In this document: in pieces, positions 1-10,953 of the stretch
Layout: each line of letters begins with the position of its first letter
Position numbering within the stretch: the first letter of the stretch is position 1
Assembly (NCBI GenBank): GCA_038321985.1
Contig: JBBQFN010000001.1
Span: 439,253 to 503,252 of the forward strand
DNA from: Cyanophyceae cyanobacterium
Lineage (GTDB): Bacteria; Cyanobacteriota; Cyanobacteriia; Cyanobacteriales; Laspinemataceae
Reading direction: 5' to 3'
Length of the DNA stretch: 64,000 bases
Notes under the pieces: generated by a model
The model's database searches: none
The model's input: the letters and a program-made list of their open reading frames with translations, nothing else
What the model was told of the DNA's origin: nothing
Program-made: the position numbers and the translations under genes

Positions 1-1029
1 AACGTCCGGTTCTATAAGGGCATCAGCCACACCTTGATAGGAAATTGAATCGGAATGCTCTTGAGCTAAAATAACCGCACTGGCACTCGGACCCAGTTGT
101 TCTATTTTAGGAATAGGTAGCCCTAAAATTGCTCTGAGATGAAGTTCAAATTCATTGAGATTCTGTGAGATTAAGGTCACCATGCCGGTATCGTGGGGAC
201 GGGGGGACAGTTCCGAGAAAATAGTCTCATTTTTAGTAATAAAAAACTCGACCCCAAAAATACCAGCACCGCCTAAAGCATCGGTCACTTTTTGAGCGAT
301 CGCCTCTGCTTCTTGGACTCGTTCGGGTGAAATATCTGCGGGTTGCCAGGATTCCTGATAATCTCCTCGTTCTTGTCGATGCCCGACTGCTGGACAAAAC
401 AAAGTCGGGCGGTCCCATTGTCGAATTGTCAGTAGGGTAATTTCTAGTTCAAATTCAATAAATTCTTCGACAATTAGCTTTTGGGTATCTCCCCGAGAAC
501 CGGCGATCGCATAGTTCCAGGATGCTTCTACATCTCGGCGATCGAGAACCGTAGATTGCCCTTTTCCCGAGGAAGACATCACGGGTTTAACTACATTGGG
601 AAATCCGATTTGTTCGGAAGCGGCAATTAATTCTTCTAAGGTGGTAGCATAAGCATATTTAGCAGTACGAATTCCTAACTCTTGGTGCGCCAGTTCCCGA
701 ATGCGATCGCGGTTCATCGTGTAGTTTGTTGCTTTCGCTGTGGGAATCACAACAATGCCGCGATCCTTCTCAAATTCTAGTAATTTTTCGGTGCGAATAG
801 CTTCAATTTCGGGTATAATAAAATTGGGCTGATGCTTCTCCACGATTCGTTCCAAGTCGTCTGGATTCAGCATAGAAATCACTTCCGAATAATCCGCCAC
901 CTGCATAGCGGGGGCATTGGCATAGCGATCGACTGCAATCACTGTATTGCCAAGACGTTGGGCGGCGATGGTAAATTCCTTCCCCAGTTCGCCAGACCCC
1001 AGAAGCATTAATTTTTGTGGTAAACGCAT
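1..1029 (-). CDS. purT: Formate-dependent phosphoribosylglycinamide formyltransferase (3' end runs off window)
   Basis: Not in the ORF track. Reverse strand from the ATG at 1029 reads [28 protein letters not shown]..., the typical PurT ATP-grasp N-terminus; later [10 protein letters not shown]. Confidence 0.93.
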   Translation of the reverse strand, partial: MRLPQKLMLLGSGELGKEFTIAAQRLGNTVIAVDRYANAPAMQVADYSEVISMLNPDDLERIVEKHQPNFIIPEIEAIRTEKLLEFEKDRGIVVIPTAKATNYTMNRDRIRELAHQELGIRTAKYAYATTLEELIAASEQIGFPNVVKPVMSSSGKGQSTVLDRRDVEASWNYAIAGSRGDTQKLIVEEFIEFELEITLLTIRQWDRPTLFCPAVGHRQERGDYQESWQPADISPERVQEAEAIAQKVTDALGGAGIFGVEFFITKNETIFSELSPRPHDTGMVTLISQNLNEFELHLRAILGLPIPKIEQLGPSASAVILAQEHSDSISYQGVADALIEPDV

Positions 1030-1304
1030 CTAATCAATTCTCTATTGCTTCTACTTTTCCCTATTTTAAACCGTTTATAGCGCTTCTCAAACTCATTATG
1101 CACAGGCTACGCCCTGCGGCGATCGCTTGACCCAGGTGCGGAGTGCTCATAAGCCATACCCTAGGCTTTACGCCCTCCAAAAATGTACCTCTCAATTCTG
1201 CAAGGGCCTCTATCCTAAAATGCAGCCCCAAACAGGGGAGGCGGAGGTTCAACTGCCCGGTGCGGTAGAGGATTTCTGGACAAATTCCCCGGCTCTATTT
1301 CCTC

Positions 1305-2726
1305 CTATACCGCATAACTTTCCCCTATGCGATGGACCTTAATCAAGTTAGTTACCCCGGTAATGGGCAGAGGTAAACCGGCAATAATAACGACTAAATC
1401 TCCTTTTTCAACCATGTTTTTTTCTAGAACTGCTTTTTCTAGTAAAACAATCATTTCATCGGTATTAGACGCTTCTTCAAGCTGCAAAGACTGCAACCCC
1501 CAATACAAGGCGATCCGCCGTTGAATGAATTCTTCAGTGGTTACCGCGATCGCCGGTATGGATTGCCGATACTTGGACAGTAACCGGGCGGTAAATCCAT
1601 GTTCAGTAAAACAAATTAGGGCTTTAGCATGGAGATTTTCTGCCAGTTGACAAGCGGCATGAACCACAGAATTTCCAATCGGATAAGCCTCAATTCCGCT
1701 GACATATTGCCGAGAGGTCACTAACTGGGCTTCCGCAGTTTCAGCAATCAGCGCCATTGTTCTAACAGCCTGAACCGGATAGTCTCCGGCGGCTGTTTCT
1801 CCTGACAACATCAGGGCATCTGCACCATCATAAATAGCATTGGCAACGTCGGAGACTTCCGCGCGAGTCGGGCGCGGGTTGTGAATCATTGACTCTAACA
1901 TTTGCGTGGCAACGATCGCCGGTTTTTGGTGCGATCGACAGGTTTGTAAAATAGATTTTTGGAGCGCCGGAACCCGTTCCAAGGGAACTTCTACCCCTAA
2001 ATCTCCCCGGGCGACCATCACAACATCTGCGCTTTCTACAATCTCATCTAAATACTTTATAGCTTCATGACGCTCGATTTTAGCAATGACATTGGCGTTT
2101 TTCTCTTTGCGTCTAATAGCGCCTTTGACTTCTTTAACATCCGCTGCCTCCCGGACGAAAGAAAGGGCAACATAATCGATATCTTGGTCCAAGCCAAAGC
2201 TCAAATCTTCAATATCTTTTTGGGTCATCGCTGGAGCAGAAATTGAAGAATTTTGTAGGTTAATTCCTTTGTGACTTTTGACGGGTCCGCCATAAATCAC
2301 CGTTCCATAAATTTCTTTTTCAAAAATCCGATTAGCTTGAATACAAATTAGCCCATCATCAATCAGAATTAAATCCCCTTCTTTGACATCTTTAGCTAAT
2401 CCTTTATAAGTCGAACTAAAGCGTTCTGCATTACCCAATACCTCTAGCATGGTAATCACGGTTTTATCACCGGGATGGAGGAAAACCCCCGCTGCCATGT
2501 CTCCGACTCGGATTTTCGGACCTTGCAAATCCTGCATAATCGCGATCGGTTTATTTAATTCTGCGGATACTTCGCGAATGGTGCGGATATTTTGTTCGTG
2601 GCTGGCATAGTCGCCGTGGGAAAAGTTTAAGCGAGCTACATCCATTCCGGCGATCGCCATTTCTATAATCGTAGTGCGATCGCTACTCGCAGGACCGATG
2701 GTGCAGATAATTTTTGTTTTACGCAT
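1305..2726 (-). CDS. pyk: Pyruvate kinase
   Basis: RKTKIICTIGPAS, RLNFSHG, DLQGPKIR, MVARGDLGVE, ATQMLESM and MLSGETA motifs; 473 aa with no C-terminal PEP-utiliser domain. Confidence 0.97.
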   Translation of the reverse strand: MRKTKIICTIGPASSDRTTIIEMAIAGMDVARLNFSHGDYASHEQNIRTIREVSAELNKPIAIMQDLQGPKIRVGDMAAGVFLHPGDKTVITMLEVLGNAERFSSTYKGLAKDVKEGDLILIDDGLICIQANRIFEKEIYGTVIYGGPVKSHKGINLQNSSISAPAMTQKDIEDLSFGLDQDIDYVALSFVREAADVKEVKGAIRRKEKNANVIAKIERHEAIKYLDEIVESADVVMVARGDLGVEVPLERVPALQKSILQTCRSHQKPAIVATQMLESMIHNPRPTRAEVSDVANAIYDGADALMLSGETAAGDYPVQAVRTMALIAETAEAQLVTSRQYVSGIEAYPIGNSVVHAACQLAENLHAKALICFTEHGFTARLLSKYRQSIPAIAVTTEEFIQRRIALYWGLQSLQLEEASNTDEMIVLLEKAVLEKNMVEKGDLVVIIAGLPLPITGVTNLIKVHRIGESYAV

Positions 2727-3319
2727 GAAATTAAACCCATTAAAGCGGAAGTCGCCATACTTCTTTAATATTTTAACTAAATTTTTATTAAAAATCAGAA
2801 TATCGATTGGGGATGATCAGGGCCGGTTACCCTCCAAGAGTGGAATAAAACCGCCAATTGGGAGATGAATTAAAAATTTATTAATTGATAATTTTAATCT
2901 CAAGTGAAAGATTTAGATGTGACGGGAGATACATTTTATCATTATACCTAACAGAAACTGAATCGACCAAAAAGGATGGGAAGGAGATTCAACCTCCTGA
3001 GCGAGTGTCATTTCCTGACCCTTTCCCCATGGCTGGCGGTCCTCTCCATCTCCCCCCTCCTCTATTTCTGCTGCATCTACCCTATCTCCCTCTACAGTTA
3101 GAGGATTGACGATCGCCCTCGTGTTATGTCTAGTTAAATTGGCCGTTCGTATTTCCCAACAGGTCAATTCATGGGATATATTTTTACAATAGCCCAAGCG
3201 AGACGGTTTTTATTAACCCCTCAAATTCCGGTTGCGATCGGGATGCCGATGTATTTTGCAGCAACGATGCTAGGGTGGAATGGCTAATTAACTTCTGTCT
3301 TTATCCAACTGCTTGAGCG

Positions 3320-4912
3320 ATGAATATTGCCGAAATTCTACACAAACAAGTTGAAGAAACCCCAGATACTCCAGCAATCCTGGAGATGGGACGCAGTGCA
3401 AGCGGCAGGGTGAGTTTTTCCGAATTGGAATTAAGAGCGAGTCGGGGAGTCACGCTGTTGCGACAAAAAGGAATGCAAACGGGAGATGTTATCTTACTCA
3501 TGCTACCACTTTCAACGGAATTATACGTTGCGCTGATTGCAATTTTGAGAGTGGGTGCAGTCGCTTTAATCCTTGACCCAAATGCCAGTTCTGACGAACT
3601 TGATCGTGCCTGTAGTTTGTGCCGTCCAAAAGCCGTAATTACAACGACCAAAATTCAGATTTGGCGGCTTTTCTCCCGAGCTTTCCGCAAAATTTCGCTT
3701 AAATTTACTATCGGATTTTCTTTACCAACTCTCATTTCCTGGAATCGCACAAAAACTTTAACCCCTGATCATATCATCGCCCAAGTCGAACCCGAAACGA
3801 CGGGGGTAATCCTTCCTATGGTAGGAACTTATGAACAATTAAAATTGGTCCAATTGACTCATTATTTATTAAGATTACAACAAAATTCTCTAGCCGAGAT
3901 ACTTGAGACCAACCCCGGAGAAATAGATATTACGCTGCAACCGCTTTTAGGATTAGTTAATCTGGGGCTGGGAATAACGAGTATATTGCCAAAATTCAAT
4001 ATTAAAAAGCCTTTAAATTTTCAAATTAACCCGATTATTAGCGTTATCAAGAAATATCACCCCACTCGAATTGCCGCTTCCCCAAATTTATTAGAGAATC
4101 TAATTCATGTTTTTATCAAAAAAAGAGAATTATTTAACAGCGTTCATAAAATATTTATTTGGGGAACGCCAGTTTTACCCAGTCTCCTTAATCAAGTGAA
4201 TCAAATTGCCCCCCAAGCAGAAATTGTGGCAATCTATGGGGAAACCGCTGCGATCGCCAGCCTGTCTCGACGAGAAATCGCAGCAACTGATGTTAGCCAG
4301 ATGCAAACAGGAAAAGGCTTACTTGTGGGCAAACCTGCCCCAGATATTAAGTTAAGAATTTTACCCAACCAATGGGGCGCACCCATCGTACCTTATGAAA
4401 ATTTAGCCGAATTTGAAGCCACTTGCCGGCCTGAGTCAGAAGCGGGAGAAATTGTAATTCAAGGCGATCGCTTTATGACCCGCAGTTTAAATGAACTGGG
4501 AGATGAACCCATGAAATTTCGGGTCGGGGAACAGGAATGGTATCGTACGGGAGATGCGGGATATTTAGACTCCCAGGGGCGATTGTGGTTACTCGGTTCC
4601 TGCCAAGATTGCATTCAAGATAAATTTGGAATCATTTATCCTCTGACGGTAGAATGCGCCATAAATTACAATCGAGAGATTAAAAATATTGCCTTTTTTT
4701 CCTATCGTTATCAGCGGACTTTAGTCGTAGAGATGGTGGAAAAACCCAGCGATCGCAGCGTATCCCAGCGCAGCTTATCCGCCGTGCTAGAGTCCCTAGA
4801 ATGGGCTAACGTAGAAGCCCTGCGCGTAGTCGAAAAAATTCCCATGGATAAACGCTACCCACGCCGAGTTAATCGCGTGGCATTGGAACAGATCCTGGAC
4901 GAGCAGGACTAA
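3320..4912 (+). CDS. AMP-binding (ANL superfamily) protein, OleC-like, with degenerate catalytic motifs
   Basis: GEI, YRTGDAGYLD-GRLWLLG and C-terminal IPMDKR motifs resemble OleC-type ligases; the P-loop is not canonical. Confidence 0.75.
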   Translation: MNIAEILHKQVEETPDTPAILEMGRSASGRVSFSELELRASRGVTLLRQKGMQTGDVILLMLPLSTELYVALIAILRVGAVALILDPNASSDELDRACSLCRPKAVITTTKIQIWRLFSRAFRKISLKFTIGFSLPTLISWNRTKTLTPDHIIAQVEPETTGVILPMVGTYEQLKLVQLTHYLLRLQQNSLAEILETNPGEIDITLQPLLGLVNLGLGITSILPKFNIKKPLNFQINPIISVIKKYHPTRIAASPNLLENLIHVFIKKRELFNSVHKIFIWGTPVLPSLLNQVNQIAPQAEIVAIYGETAAIASLSRREIAATDVSQMQTGKGLLVGKPAPDIKLRILPNQWGAPIVPYENLAEFEATCRPESEAGEIVIQGDRFMTRSLNELGDEPMKFRVGEQEWYRTGDAGYLDSQGRLWLLGSCQDCIQDKFGIIYPLTVECAINYNREIKNIAFFSYRYQRTLVVEMVEKPSDRSVSQRSLSAVLESLEWANVEALRVVEKIPMDKRYPRRVNRVALEQILDEQD

Positions 4913-5103
4913 CGCAAAAGGCCCTACAGTCTTTAGGCTGTAGGTGTTTTCAGTCGTGACCCTAGGCTCAATCCGGGGATATTCCCCTCGATTGCCGGAA
5001 TAGGAACTCCCCCAGTCGTAAAACCAGCGAGTAACCGGATGGTTAAGAATTGCCCAATTCAGGGTTAAATAATTTAAGCTCTTTCGCGATTTTGTGAAGA
5101 TTT

Positions 5104-6759
5104 GTGCCTGACGTAAAAAAACCCGCCCGTTCTCTAGCTGGAATTGCCGGTCTTGTGGCGATCGCCACCCTGATCAGTAAAGTTTTCGGTTTAGTGCGCC
5201 AACAAGCGATCGCCGCCGCTTTTGGGGTCGGTCCTGCATTCGACGCCTATAACTACGCTTATGTGATCCCCGGTTTTTTGCTAATTTTGCTCGGGGGTAT
5301 CAATGGACCCTTCCATAGCGCGATCGTCAGCGTCCTCGCCAAACGTAAACCCGAAGAAGCAGCCCCCCTCGTCGAAACGATTACTACCCTTGTCGGCGGA
5401 TTGCTGCTGATTGTATCCGGGGTTTTAGTCTTGTTTGCCGAACCCCTAATGGGTTTAGTGGCACCGGGTTTGAACATTTCGGCGGCAGAAGCCGCAGCCC
5501 AGGGCCTTTCTACCCCAGAGTTTGAAACCCTGCAACTGACCCATGCGATCGCCATTCAACAATTCCGGATCATGGCCCCCCTGGCTGTCCTCGCCGGTTT
5601 GATTGGCATTGGATTCGGCACCCTCAACGCCGCCGACCAATATTGGATCCCCTCCATCAGTCCCCTGTTTTCCAGTGTGGCACTCATCGGTGCATTAGGC
5701 GTTTTCATCCTCCAAGCAGGCGAGGAAATAGGCCTTCCTGAATATGCCGTGACGGGAGGCATGGTTTTAGCATGGGGAACCCTTGCCGGGGCGATTCTCC
5801 AGTGGGTTGTCCAGGTCGTGACCCAGTGGCGCAGCGGCTTAGGGACCTTACGCCTACGTTTTGAGTTTAACCGTCCCGGAATTAAAGAGATCCTGAAAGT
5901 CATGGGACCAGCGACGTTATCCTCGGGAATGCTCCAAATTAATGTCTATACTGACTTATTTTTTGCGTCTTACATTCCTCAAGCTGCCGCTGCCTTGGGG
6001 TATGCCGGACTGCTCGTGCAGACACCCTTGGGTATTGTTTCCAATATGCTGTTAGTGCCGCTATTGCCGGTATTTTCCCGGTTAGCTGACCCGACTGATT
6101 GGCCGCAACTTAAACAGCGGATTCGGCAGGGGTTGATGCTCACTGCCCTAACAATGTTACCCCTCGGTGCGTTTACGATCGCCTTATCCGTGGCGATCGT
6201 GCGAGTCATTTACGAACGCGGTGCCTTTGACCAATCCGCCTCCGCCTTTGTGGCCCCAATGCTGATGGCTTATGGAATTGGGATGTTTGTCTACTTAGGA
6301 CGGGATGTGCTGGTGCGAGTATTTTATGCATTGGGAGATGGGGAAACCCCGTTTCGGGTGAGTATCGTGAATATTTTCTTAAACGGTGTCCTGGACTTCT
6401 TTATGGTGAAACCGTTCGGTGCACCGGGGTTGGTTCTGGCAACCGTAATAGTAAATATTATTTCAATGCTGGTTTTGTTGATTTTGCTCGATCGCAAGTT
6501 AAATGGATTGCCTTTAGCGGAGTGGAGTAAACCGATCGCCTTGTTAACTGCGGCCAGTGCCGTAGCTGGCGTCGTCGGTTGGGTCATTCTCCAAGGGTGC
6601 GATCGCTTATTTCAAGGCACTGGATTATTGATATATCTACTTGAATTGGGTCTATCAAGTTTGGGTGGATTACTGGTTTTTGTGGCGCTCGTTACTCAAA
6701 TCAAATTACCCGAAGTAGATATATTTGTGCAGCGCCTTCGTCAGCGCTTTAGCCGCTAA
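5104..6759 (+). CDS. murJ: Lipid II flippase MurJ (MviN)
   Basis: ATLISKVFGLVRQQAIAAAFG, GGINGPFHSA and YERGAF motifs; multi-TM. Confidence 0.95.
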   Translation: MPDVKKPARSLAGIAGLVAIATLISKVFGLVRQQAIAAAFGVGPAFDAYNYAYVIPGFLLILLGGINGPFHSAIVSVLAKRKPEEAAPLVETITTLVGGLLLIVSGVLVLFAEPLMGLVAPGLNISAAEAAAQGLSTPEFETLQLTHAIAIQQFRIMAPLAVLAGLIGIGFGTLNAADQYWIPSISPLFSSVALIGALGVFILQAGEEIGLPEYAVTGGMVLAWGTLAGAILQWVVQVVTQWRSGLGTLRLRFEFNRPGIKEILKVMGPATLSSGMLQINVYTDLFFASYIPQAAAALGYAGLLVQTPLGIVSNMLLVPLLPVFSRLADPTDWPQLKQRIRQGLMLTALTMLPLGAFTIALSVAIVRVIYERGAFDQSASAFVAPMLMAYGIGMFVYLGRDVLVRVFYALGDGETPFRVSIVNIFLNGVLDFFMVKPFGAPGLVLATVIVNIISMLVLLILLDRKLNGLPLAEWSKPIALLTAASAVAGVVGWVILQGCDRLFQGTGLLIYLLELGLSSLGGLLVFVALVTQIKLPEVDIFVQRLRQRFSR

Positions 6760-6787
6760 ACCCTTGTCTCACTCTAGAGGATGATTT

Positions 6788-6821
6788 CATGAATAGCCCG
6801 CTGAAGCGGGCTATTTTCATG
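6788..6821. terminator. Hairpin between convergent genes (bidirectional terminator or REP-like)
   Basis: aatagcccgc-tgaa-gcgggctatt perfect stem. Confidence 0.6.
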
Positions 6822-6849
6822 GGTAACGCTTCCAAATGAGACATCGGAC

Positions 6850-7365
6850 TTAATATAGATTCTGTTCTGCTTGTTGGAAATAAAAGGCGATCGTCCCGCC
6901 TAAAAATATCACCCCGCTAAAAATTGAAATTGTCCCGATCGCACTGGCTTGTCCTAATCCAACTTGGATAATCTGCCAGTTAATCAAGAAAAATAGCCAG
7001 ATAATTTGTACCTTCATCCACCCAAACAGTTCACGCACCAGTCCTAACAGTCGGTCCCCTTGGTCCTCGGTTATCGGAAACGGACTGTCTAACAGTTGAG
7101 GTAATAAGGGGGAAAGGGTTAAAACCAGGTAAATACAAGTTCCCATGCTGGGTAATAGCCAGAGAATTGGTTTGGAACCCCAGGTGTCCGGGTGTCCGGT
7201 GATGCCGAAATGAATGGGGATATTCTGCGGAAGGTTTTCCCAGGATTGTCCGATCGCCAGAAAGGTACAGAAAATTCCAGCTAAAGCAGCTATTTCCAAA
7301 GCCAGTTCCAGAGGCGATCGCACAATTGCTCCTAACAGACTTTCCCTGTTTTTGTTTCTATTCAT
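6850..7365 (-). CDS. DUF1648-domain membrane protein
   Basis: LPQNIPIHFGITGHPDTWG motif plus about four TM segments. Confidence 0.8.
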   Translation of the reverse strand: MNRNKNRESLLGAIVRSPLELALEIAALAGIFCTFLAIGQSWENLPQNIPIHFGITGHPDTWGSKPILWLLPSMGTCIYLVLTLSPLLPQLLDSPFPITEDQGDRLLGLVRELFGWMKVQIIWLFFLINWQIIQVGLGQASAIGTISIFSGVIFLGGTIAFYFQQAEQNLY

Positions 7366-7903
7366 AAGCGTTTTATAAGATGGGGCGATAACTATTGTTC
7401 TCTATATTAACGAATTCCTTCGCAACCGGCTTGCGTTTTGCGGGGTAAATGGGTAGACCTGTTTACATCGACTTAACCTAGACTGTACTCCTGCAAATTC
7501 ATTTAACCCCTAACCGTTTTGTACTTTTTATGGGTATAGAAATCTCTACCGTAACTTTCTCACTCTCATCAGCCCTCTCATTACACTCTTCCTCCTTTCT
7601 AGGCTAAAAATCTGGACAAATTGCCGGAAATTTGTATTAAAATTACAAGATTGTGCTATCAAAAGCCTATTTAGTTTAGGCGATCGCCTCCGGCATATAG
7701 AGCAGTTCCCCCAGTCAGGCAATTAGAAGCTCCCCCTCCTCAATTTATTGTCCAACTGCGGCAAGACGCGCTATAAATGGGCTGGTCAAGTATTCCCTAT
7801 CGTGAAAAAAAAACACAAATCCATCCTCAACGCGGAAGGATACAGCTACCATTAGAACATCCGGTCAAAGTCCAGCTCACAATCAAAGCCTAATAAAAAT
7901 TCA

Positions 7904-9394
7904 ATGTTAGATAACCTCGACCTTAAACTTTCCCTGGATAAAAAAACTTATCAAGAACAGATAGAAGCCTTGATGCAGCAGATCCGACAGCTACAACAAG
8001 CCTGTTGGGAAAAAAAATTAACCTCGATCTTTGTATTAGAAGGCTGGGCCGCCGCCGGGAAAGGGTCCCTCGTCAAAAAAATGGTGGGTTATATGGACCC
8101 CCGGGGATTTCGAGTCCATCCCATCTGGCCCCCCAGTGAAGAAGCGCGGCAGTATCCCTTTCTGTGGCGATTTTGGGAAAAACTGCCAGCGCGGGGTAGT
8201 ATTGGCATTTTCTATCACAGTTGGTATATTCGCCTGTTAGAAGATCGGTTATTTGGACGACTCACCGATGCCGAAGTCACCTCCGCTATCCGGCAAATCA
8301 ACGCCTTTGAGCGGCAGATGGTGGATGATGGGGTGGCGATCGCCAAATTCTGGATTCACATCAGCAAAAAAGAAATCAAGAAGCGGCTGAAAAAATCCGC
8401 AGCCGACCCCCTCACCGCTTGGCGAGTCCGTCCCGAAGACTGGCAGCAATCGAAAAGATACGATACCTACCGGGACTTAGCGGAAAATATGGTGATTCAA
8501 ACCAGCACCGGACCCGCCCCCTGGACCCTTGTCGAAGGGGACGATTATCGGTGGGCACAGGTTAAAGTGCTGACCAAAATGGCAACAACCCTCACGGAAG
8601 CCCTGGATCGCCTCCACTATCAGCTACCGGTGCCAGTTTTACCCGCTCAAGAAGAACTTCAACCCACAGAACCGGATTTTCTCTCCCAAATCGATCTGAG
8701 TGTGAGCTTAGATAAACAGGACTATAAAAAACAACTGCGCAAAGAACAAGTTGAACTCACGAAACTTCAACTTGAGATTCACGAACAACAAATTCCCGTA
8801 CTCGTATTATTTGAAGGATGGGACGCGGCTGGAAAAGGGGGAGCCATCAAACGCTTGACTGATGTCCTAGATCCGCGAAGTTATGGGGTGAATACCTTTG
8901 GCGCACCCAGTACGGAAGAATTATCTCATCATTATTTGTGGCGGTTCTGGCGACGGTTACCCCCACCGGGAACGATTGGGATTTTTGATCGCAGTTGGTA
9001 TGGTCGAGTTTTAGTCGAGCGAATAGAAGGATTTGCCAACCAACCGGAATGGCGCAGAGCTTATCGAGAAATCAATGAATTTGAGGAACAACTCACTACT
9101 GCCGGTTATGCTGTGGTCAAATTCTGGCTTCATATTAGCCCAGAAGAACAACTGAATCGGTTTAATGAACGCAGTAACAATCCCTTTAAGCAACATAAGC
9201 TCACGGACGAAGACTGGCGAAATCGGGAGCAGTGGTCACTCTATCAGGTTGCGGTGAATCAGATGATCCAGCGTACCAGTACCCCGTCGGCACCTTGGAC
9301 CATTGTGGCGGGGGATGACAAATATTATGCCCGAGTCAAAGTGATCCAAACGGTGATTCAGGCAATCAAGAGCAAAATCAAACGGCACACATAA
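7904..9394 (+). CDS. ppk2: Two-domain polyphosphate kinase 2 (polyphosphate:AMP phosphotransferase type)
   Basis: Duplicated domains with EGWAAAGKG / EGWDAAGKGG, DPRG / DPRS, and FDRSWYGRVLVER. Confidence 0.92.
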   Translation: MLDNLDLKLSLDKKTYQEQIEALMQQIRQLQQACWEKKLTSIFVLEGWAAAGKGSLVKKMVGYMDPRGFRVHPIWPPSEEARQYPFLWRFWEKLPARGSIGIFYHSWYIRLLEDRLFGRLTDAEVTSAIRQINAFERQMVDDGVAIAKFWIHISKKEIKKRLKKSAADPLTAWRVRPEDWQQSKRYDTYRDLAENMVIQTSTGPAPWTLVEGDDYRWAQVKVLTKMATTLTEALDRLHYQLPVPVLPAQEELQPTEPDFLSQIDLSVSLDKQDYKKQLRKEQVELTKLQLEIHEQQIPVLVLFEGWDAAGKGGAIKRLTDVLDPRSYGVNTFGAPSTEELSHHYLWRFWRRLPPPGTIGIFDRSWYGRVLVERIEGFANQPEWRRAYREINEFEEQLTTAGYAVVKFWLHISPEEQLNRFNERSNNPFKQHKLTDEDWRNREQWSLYQVAVNQMIQRTSTPSAPWTIVAGDDKYYARVKVIQTVIQAIKSKIKRHT

Positions 9395-9497
9395 CCGAAG
9401 GCGATCGCACTCATTTGAGTCTAAGTTTTTTAGGGAAAGTCCTTGGGTCCCCTTCCCCACAGACAGGGGAGGGGACCCGAGTTAGATGGCGATCGCC

Positions 9498-10403
9498 TTA
9501 ATAGAGAGTGCTGTGGGGCATTTGCTGGGGTAACGGCGCACGGCCCTTGGCGATCGCATCTCCATACTGTTGCATCCCCTCTTCTACATCATTGAAACTG
9601 CGAAATTCTCCACCCTCTAAAGTCGCTCCCGAAAAGTTGGCATCCCGCAGATCCGCATCCGTGAAATTTACCCGCGTTAAATTCGTGGAATTGAACTGAG
9701 CTTGATGTAATAATGCCGAGCTTAAATCCGCCCCGGTTAAGTTCGCTCCCGTTAAATTCACCCCACGCAGCTTGGCATCACTAAAATTTGTAAACCTCAG
9801 ATTCGCACCGGCGAGATTGGCACCACTCAGCTTTGCCTCACTCAAATTCACCCCATCCAGTTCGACTCCAGCCAAGTCTACGCCGTTCAAAAAAGCTCCG
9901 CTGAGATTAACCCCCGTTAATTGAGCCCCTTCCAGGAGAGCACCGCTCAATCGCGCCCCACTGAGATTGGCCCATTTCAAATTGGCACCCGTTAGGTTCG
10001 CACCCCGCAGGTTGGCCCCTTCGAGGTTGGCTCCACAAAAATTTGCCTCCCTGAGATCCGCGCCTCGAAGGTTGGCGTTCATCAGATTGGCCCCACTCAG
10101 TTTAGCCTGATTTAGGTGGGCCTGGACCAGAAAGGAACCCCTCAGATCCGCTTTCGTCAGGTTGGCCTCAGTTAATCGGGCGTCACTGAGTTTAGCAAAA
10201 TTGAGATTAGATCGGTTGAGGGCAGCACGGGTTAGATTGGACTTAGTTAAAAATGAGCGGGCGAAATTTACGCCTTCGAGATAGGCACCCGTGAGGTTAA
10301 CCCCAATTAGGGTAACCCCCATCAATTTCGCTTCGCGCAAATCTAAGCCCGAAAAGTCTCTTATTCCCTGTTCGTAAAGGGTAAGCCAATGATTAATATT
10401 CAT
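9498..10403 (-). CDS. Pentapeptide repeat protein
   Basis: YEQGIRDFSG N-cap followed by many A(N/D)LxG repeats; start placed at MNINHW. Confidence 0.92.
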   Translation of the reverse strand: MNINHWLTLYEQGIRDFSGLDLREAKLMGVTLIGVNLTGAYLEGVNFARSFLTKSNLTRAALNRSNLNFAKLSDARLTEANLTKADLRGSFLVQAHLNQAKLSGANLMNANLRGADLREANFCGANLEGANLRGANLTGANLKWANLSGARLSGALLEGAQLTGVNLSGAFLNGVDLAGVELDGVNLSEAKLSGANLAGANLRFTNFSDAKLRGVNLTGANLTGADLSSALLHQAQFNSTNLTRVNFTDADLRDANFSGATLEGGEFRSFNDVEEGMQQYGDAIAKGRAPLPQQMPHSTLY

Positions 10404-10953
10404 GGGTGCTATTTTTATCAACCCAGCACTTTGGAGGAACTGACGATTTCAATTTCACTTACTCAACTCCTATTCAGTATGGCGCGGTATCGAAGGATAA
10501 ACCTACAATTTTTCATGAATCTTTGTAACGCTTGATGTCATAGATTGGATTACCCTGAATGAGTTTAGAGAAAACAACAAGGGAAGTAGGCTATCCATAC
10601 CGGAAGCACCGGGCAACAGGCGGCGAGCGTTACCTTACTGAGGTCTGACCCTGTGCCTAAGACCCGGGAATGGGTATCCGGGAGCCGGCATTCTGGGCGG
10701 TCCAAATTCGATCTTACTGCGCTTAACCTTCAGGAAAATTTAAGAAACTCATAGATTTGTCAAGAAAAATGTAACAAGCGAAAATCACTCCGAAGAAATA
10801 CTTAAATTTCTGGGCGATCGCGGACCGGCCTCGATACTTTCCCGGGGGTTTAACCAAATTTTCCTCTTCAGTGTTTTTACTGATTCGTACCCGTAGAAAC
10901 ATAGAGAAGAGGATTCGATCGCCTTTTAACTTGCACCTTGAGGACGTCAAGCA

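Noticed and set aside
2885..3197. Short ORFs on both strands between pyk and the AMP-binding gene
   Set aside because: Weak TTG starts, no recognisable motif; more likely a divergent promoter region.
7453..7466. GTA-N8-TAC NtcA-like box
   Set aside because: No convincing -10 at the canonical spacing on either strand; a 6-bp consensus is frequent by chance.
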